Positions 58,023-64,000 of a stretch of 64,000 nucleotides of DNA are shown piece by piece (within the stretch, counting starts at the first letter, position 1; each line of letters opens with the position of its first letter). The notes under the pieces were generated by a model. That model was not told where the DNA came from, ran no database searches, and saw only the letters and a program-made list of their open reading frames with translations. Source of the stretch: Lama guanicoe (taxonomy: Eukaryota). Position numbers and translations under genes: made by a program. The stretch spans positions 2,506,485-2,570,484 of the forward strand of contig MU053431.1 of NCBI GenBank assembly GCA_013239625.1, written 5' to 3'.

Positions 58023-61000
58023 GCATTCCTTTGGGGGAAAATCCACTTCAGCTTGTGTGGTGTGTCTTACTTCATTCGGGAAGGTGGCGAAAGGGGCAGG
58101 CAGACTGACACAGGCCTCCTTGGGAGAGGCACCAGGAAATAGATGGCCTCAGATGCAGACCCCAGGTCTTCAGTGCCTGGAGAGGATGTGTTGGTGACAA
58201 AGCTGTGGGGTCTCTGGAGAAGGGGTGCAGAGGTTGGGAAGGAGCTGGCCAGGAAACAGTTGAATCAGAGCTGGGCTGCCAGAGCTACGCAGGCTGGACA
58301 CTCTGGCAGGAGGGTGGCCGCCCGGCCAGGACTCGCTCCACTGAAGGGCTTGGGCCTGCCGTGAGCACCCTTGCTCAGGGGGACAGGAGGAGGGGCTCAC
58401 AGAGCGGGATGTGGGTGTCAGGAAGGAGAGGGTAATGCTGCTCGGGCCGGCCATCCCATCCTCACCTCCCCGCTCTGCTGGTGGGACTGCGAGGGCAACA
58501 GTGACGGGCAGATGACAGTCCTGAAGCAGCAGGCAGGTGCAGAGGGGAGATGAGCTGAGGGGAACAGAGAAGACATGGCAGGGCTCTCTGAGGGAGCAGC
58601 AGGCACACTGGTGGGGCCCCGGGGCGATTCGAGGACTTCTCTGTTAAGTGTTTTAAGGGAACCTGTCTACAGGATTCAGAGTTGAAACTAGACAAGAGGT
58701 GCCCATTCCCTCCCTGCCCCTGCCCACCTTCTGATGACTTCATCCTCCCCGTGTTATCCTCATGCAGAAACAGGCAAATGTGAGTGTGTATTCTCATTTC
58801 CTTCCCATTCTTACTCAAAAGATGGCTTACAACTTTCTGTGCTCTGCCTGGAGTGCTAGCTGCATCCATCCCCAGAACTTGGAGGGAGAGCCTCCCTTCT
58901 GCACTGCCCTAATGCTGGCCTGTGTCCGTTCACGTATCTGTTCCTGCTGTCCTGGGTGTGCCCGGGGATAAGGCCCTCTCCTGGGAGTATGAGACCTCCT
59001 TTGGGGTCAGAGAGCATGGCTTGCCCCAGATGCAACAGCAGGGAGTTACTGACTTGACCTGGTAGGAGATATGCGCTCCAGCACCACAGTCCAGCACAAC
59101 AGTGAACTGGTACCAAGCTGGAAAAGCACCACTGCCTGCAGTCAACATTTAATGTTGTTTACGTTGGAAATGGGTTCTGCGTGGTTTTCATGTATTAAAC
59201 ATTTTGATGTCTTGTGGGTGAGAGTTTGCTAGGCTTTGCAGGGTACAAGGATGGCTGACATGGACCCAGCCCTCAGCCCTGACTTGTGAGATGAGCTTGA
59301 AGGACTGGAGGAAGCCGCGGGGCTGGTGGACCATGGGCACAGTTGCGGGGCTGGCATTGGAGGGTAGCTGTGGCACCTGCTCCCCTGAAATCTCAGTTCT
59401 TGGCCTCAGGGTGAGGATGAAGGGCCCACCTCGCCCAGTTAAAGGGCCTGCAAGGCACGGGGCTGGATTTCAGCCACCATCGACATTTGACAGTGTCCTC
59501 CCTGTCTTATTTCCTCCACACAGTTTGATTTGTTTATGAACACAATTGTAGTAATGTACTTTTTGTATAGATCATGCATCTTGCTCATCTTACTTTGAGG
59601 AGCTATCACAACTTTTTGATGCCGTTAGGTAGCCTTTGTTTACATCTCTTACAACTGTGTTGTCCCATTTGAGTGTGCTTACTTGTACAGTTGGGCAGAT
59701 TTCCATTTTTACTGTTACAAATAACACCAGGAGCAGCTTAGTGCAAACCCTCTTTTCTGTATTGGGAAACATTTTCTTAGGAAGACTGTCCCTTGGGTGG
59801 AACTGTGAGGTCAAGGAGGGACTCACGAAGGCCTGCTCATTCATTCCTGCGGTGCCCAGCACAGGCTGAACACAGGTGCAGTCTGAAACTGGTACCAGGT
59901 CCACTTTGTTCTCTTCATTCCTCCTGTGATTCTAGCTGGAAACCTTTCATTCTCTTGAATCAACAGACACAGAGGTTAATCTGGCCTTTCTGCTGCTTGG
60001 TTTTCATAAGCCTTTTCGTGTTGCCTGCTTCATGCTGCACAACTTACTGACCACCAGGAGACTTCTGAGCTGTCTCCACTTACAGGCCTCAAACCTGGGA
60101 CAAATGGGCAGTTCCAGGCTGGCCTGATGGCAGAGGTGTAAGAAGAGGGCAGAGGTAGACAGGGCCGGAGCTTGTGAGCAAGGAGTTTGGATTTAGTCAG
60201 TGTGTCAAAGGAGCCTTGGATGTCTGTGTTAAGACGACTCCACTGACTGGAAAGTGGCCAACGAGCAAGTGTGCAAGGGAGGAGGCACGAGTGCTGAACA
60301 GAAAGATCTGGTTCGGATGGCTTCTAGGGTGAAAACTGGCACATCCCGGTGGACCAGGCACAGAGCAGGCATTCACTGAATGCGAGAACTGTTTCTGTTA
60401 CAGGGAGTGAAAGGGAAGGGAGCTGGTACCGAGCAGGTCTCCCTTCCCTCCGGGGGACAAAGAGATGAGCGGGGTCGAGCCTGGACGGGGAGGAACGTGA
60501 GAGGAAGTTGGTTCTCCTGCCCTTCCAAGCCAGTTTGTAGGCGACTCTGGGAGGGTGGCTGGACAATGGCGGTGGCACTTCGGTGATTGGGCAGGCAGGC
60601 AGGAAGTCCCTTCTCCGCGCTGCAGGGATGAGCAAATGTCCGTCCCAAACAGTGGCTCAGGGGGCATTCAGCCTCCGGGTCAGCTCCGCTCTCAGCAGCT
60701 CCCTCTCCCGTTCTTCGACAAGAACAACTACGTTTTCTCAATCTTATGTAAAGCGTTGAGCGGACGCAGCTGCAAGACCAGTCCCCGTACCTCTCCTTCC
60801 GTGCTGCCCGCCGCAGCCCCTGCCCGCCCACCGGAGAGCGGGAAGGCCCCGCCCCCGCGCCTAGGCCCCGCCCCTGCAGGGCGGCCGACGTTTCCAATTC
60901 TGCGGCGCGAGCTCCGCCCACAGCTCCCCGGCCCCGCCCATGGGCTGTCATTAGTGGCTCCGCCCCGTGTGGGGCGGAGTCTCGACGCGCGGCTGTCACG

Positions 61001-61184
61001 CACGGCTCCGCCCGGTGGGCGGAGCCTCTGGGCCGCGCTCTGGGCGCACGCGCCTCCTGCCAGCCCGCGGCTCCGACCCGCCGGCGCCCCCGTCCTTCCG
61101 GGAGCGCGCCCGCCGATGCGGGTGCGTGCGTGAGCGTGCGTGAGCGTGCGCGCCCCCGTCGCCTCTGCCGGTGCTACTCCCGCG

Positions 61185-61354
61185 CCCTCTTGCCACTGCC
61201 CCCGCCGCGGTCTCCGCCGCCGCCGCCGCCGCCGCCGCCGCAGCCGGTCCCGGAGCGCAGCCCCCGCTGAGGAGCGCGTCGGCCGGCCTCCCAGCAGCGC
61301 GGCGCAGGGAAGAGCGGAGCCGCGGAGCCGGCGGGCGGGCGGGCGCGCGGACAG
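61185..61354 (+). other. DNAJC5: Probable non-coding exon 1 of DNAJC5 (start approximate)
   Basis: Donor CAG|GTGAGC at 61354/5; ATG-free GC-rich leader with (CCG)9. Confidence 0.65.
61214..61240 (+). repeat. (CCG)9 trinucleotide repeat
   Basis: Directly counted. Confidence 0.95.
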
Positions 61355-62879
61355 GTGAGCTCGCGGCGGGCCGGCGGCCTTGCGTCGGGCCGGCGGGCGG
61401 GGACTCTGGGTGGCGGGGGCGCGGGNNNNNNNNNNNNNNNNNNNNNNNNNNGGGACGAGAGGGGCGTGGGGGACGAGCGGTGCGGGGGGACGGGGCCGCG
61501 CGCCCGCATTCGGAAATGGCGGCGACCCTCCGGGACGGGGGCGGCGGCCGGGCCCCAGGCGGCAGGAAGGCCCAGGCCGCGCGCGGTGGCCAGGCCGTCC
61601 GGGCCCGCGCTGGGGTCGTCGAGACCCCCAACCTGCGGCCGCGAGAGCTCGTCCCTCGAGGCAGCTCGCGCTTCGGGGCCGGGGTCTGCGCGAGGCGCCC
61701 CGGCCCCGGGCAGGGTCTTTCCCGTCCCGGGGGCCGGGAAGGCGAGAGCCGCCGGTTGCAGCAGCCACGTAACCTGTCCCCGGGTCATTACTCATACAGC
61801 TCGTGGACTTGAGCTTTGTTCCATGTCGCGCTGTAAATTAATCTTGTAGGTGCAGAACATTCTGTTTGTAAGAGAAACTGTTTTATCTGGCGCACAAGGA
61901 CGTTTCTTTCAGCGGTGCTTTGTGCTGTCGTCTTCAGGAGCGGGCATCAGGAACTCATCCCTTCACGTTCCAACTTGTTTGTTGAATGGCTGGATTAAGG
62001 ACTCCCTTTTTCATGCGCCTAAGAGGTGATTTCTCAAAATGCATTCAGTTGTGCCATGCAGGAAAGGGAAGCAAAGTTTCAGTTTTATTTCGGTTTTCAG
62101 GCCTAGGCGTGACAGGGGACAGTTTAACCAGCTGGCTGGAGCCTGATAGGCAGTGTGTGGGAGCTGCTGGACACCTTTGTCCTTACTTAGTTGTCTGTTT
62201 GAAAACTTTTAACGGCAAGAAGTTACACTGCCCCACCTATAATTTAGTTGCCTAAAGGCAAAGCTCCAGCCAAAGCTCCTGAGATTTTATGTTCATTTAT
62301 TTGCTTTTCTCTTTTTAAATGTTAGTCTGAGTTTCCGGGTCGAGTCATCTGTCAAACAGGAGATGAAACTATGCGTCAGAACTTAGGCTCTGGCAAATTT
62401 TGTAGTAGAGAGCATGCAGTGCTCCTTTCCCCGTGTTAGGGTTCAGGGACGCACCCCTCCGCAGGGCACGTGGCCAAGCCCAGTGCTGTAGGAGCTGGCT
62501 GTGGCTGACTGGCTGTGTGGCAGGTGCTTACACTAGCACTGACTGGGCTCTGAGGGACATGTGTTGTAGGACCCCTAAGGCCTGGCACCCTTGGCCCTGG
62601 TGAAAGCAGACACCCGGAGGTTGTATGGTGAGCAGTTAGGTGGGCATGTGGAGGGGACCCAGCCTTGCTGAGGGACCTCAGCTGTGGATCCACCGTGGCC
62701 TTGGGTGGGGACCCCTTTGGTGGAAGGATGCCTGTCCGGCCACCCCCACTCCTCTGTGACCAGTCTCCTACCACTGGCCCCCCAACTCACTCTGACCTCC
62801 ACCACAGTGGCCTCTTTGCCGGTCTCTGAAGAGACTCACATGGTCTGTCCTTGGGTCTGTTGGGATCACTCACTTTCTC

Positions 62880-63135
62880 ACCCTTACGCTTCGTGAGGCC
62901 AGGTTTTCCCTGACTACCTTAGCTAGACTTTCAGTTCACCACCTCCTGTTTCCTGTCTCCCTTTTCTGCTTAATTTTCCCCCAGCACGTAATTTTTCTAA
63001 TGTCATATTTCGTACATTTATTATACTTAATATTTTACTATGAGGTAAGGTCCACAAGGAGGCTTTTTGGTGCAGAGAACAGTTGGTGCCACATACTACT
63101 GCATACCCAGTAAGTACTGATTGAACGAGTGAAAG
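62880..63135 (+). mobile_element. L2 3'-end fragment
   Basis: AGAACAGTTGGTGCCACATA..CAGTAAGTACTGATTGAACGAGTGAA. Confidence 0.5.
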
Positions 63136-64000
63136 TGATTAGCTTAGCAACAGCTCTGCAGTACAACAGCCTTGTCACCTGGAAGTCACTGCGGGTTGAG
63201 TACTGAGCACTTAGGCGTTCTGGGTTCTGAGGGAGGCCTGGCAAGTCACCTCCCTTTGGAAAAGGACACCTAGTTAAGAGGCAGATCAGAAAGGTGCTTG
63301 GGACCTCCCTATCAATCTTTTGCCACTTTTAGGCTGTAATTTTTTCAAAATAAAATGTATTTTGTCAGATTTGCCTCTGGCAATAATGCTTTTAGAAATT
63401 TCTCTTTGGTTAACATCCTCAAAAGTAAAACCCACATGCTAGCCTCAAATGCTCAGTGACAGTTGTTGGTGAGTGGAGTGAGGTGGGGTGATCTGTTAGC
63501 AGCGAGCCATTCCTGGTGCCCCAGCCTTAGGCTCATGACTGTGGGGCTGCAACAGAACTGCCCTGAGTCCTGCTTTGTAACTAACGGACTCACGTCATTT
63601 CCAGAACCTGAACTCAGAGGGGATTTATTTTCTTGAGTTTTCATTCATTGTATTACTGTGGTGCTGGAATTGAACAGATACCGCATATCTCTCGGCCCTT
63701 TTCGTTTTTGAGCCCCCTCATTTGTAGGGATGGGTGACTGCGCTTGGTGGTGAGCTGCCCTGGAAATCAGTGCCTTGAGCAGCCTCAGACCTGGAACTGG
63801 AATGCAGGCTTCTATACTGATTCCTGTGCCCACCACCTCCCTGACCCCACCGTGCAGAGTCCTAGCAAGCTGCTGATGGTGCATCTTCAGACCCCAAACG
63901 TGAGATGCTTACGTTGGTCCTAGAGGGTAGTAGATGCTTAGCAGGTGTTTGTAGAATGAATGACTAAAGTGCAGCGAGGCTGGGGGACATGATAAAGTGG

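Larger units (their letters stand above)
60750..61790 (+). promoter_or_regulatory. DNAJC5: CpG-island promoter, probably DNAJC5 (N gap 61426-61451)
   Basis: Multiple GC boxes (CCCCGCCCC, GGGCGGAG); ~3 kb after the TPD52L2 poly(A) signal; identity by synteny. Confidence 0.75.

Noticed and set aside
60373-61849. ORFs of 190-355 aa at the DNAJC5 island
   Set aside because: Same GC artefact; poly-Ala/Arg comes from the CCG repeat; no J domain

Overview
Very GC-rich mammalian genomic DNA, probably camelid (inferred from the tRNA-derived SINE family), syntenic with human 20q13.33. Order: ZBTB46 intron 1 and non-coding exon 1/CpG island (minus strand, identified by synteny), ~20 kb intergenic interval, intronless ABHD16B (+), complete TPD52L2 (+; 206-aa seven-exon form plus 27-nt and 42-nt cassette exons), then the DNAJC5 CpG promoter and non-coding exon 1 (+, by synteny). 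Repeats include SINEs, MLT1 LTRs, L1/L2/MIR fragments, a MER53-like MITE and a 61-bp minisatellite. Three N gaps lie in GC-extreme segments. Most ORF-track entries are GC-content artefacts. The best novel candidates are a hidden, disrupted Cys-rich minus-strand reading frame head-to-head with ABHD16B (~34.2-34.85 kb) and a decayed plus-strand coding-like unit divergent from ZBTB46 (~19.4-22.3 kb). No prokaryote-type system (CRISPR etc.) is present. Repeat family names and comparisons with human are from recalled consensus sequences, not from searches.
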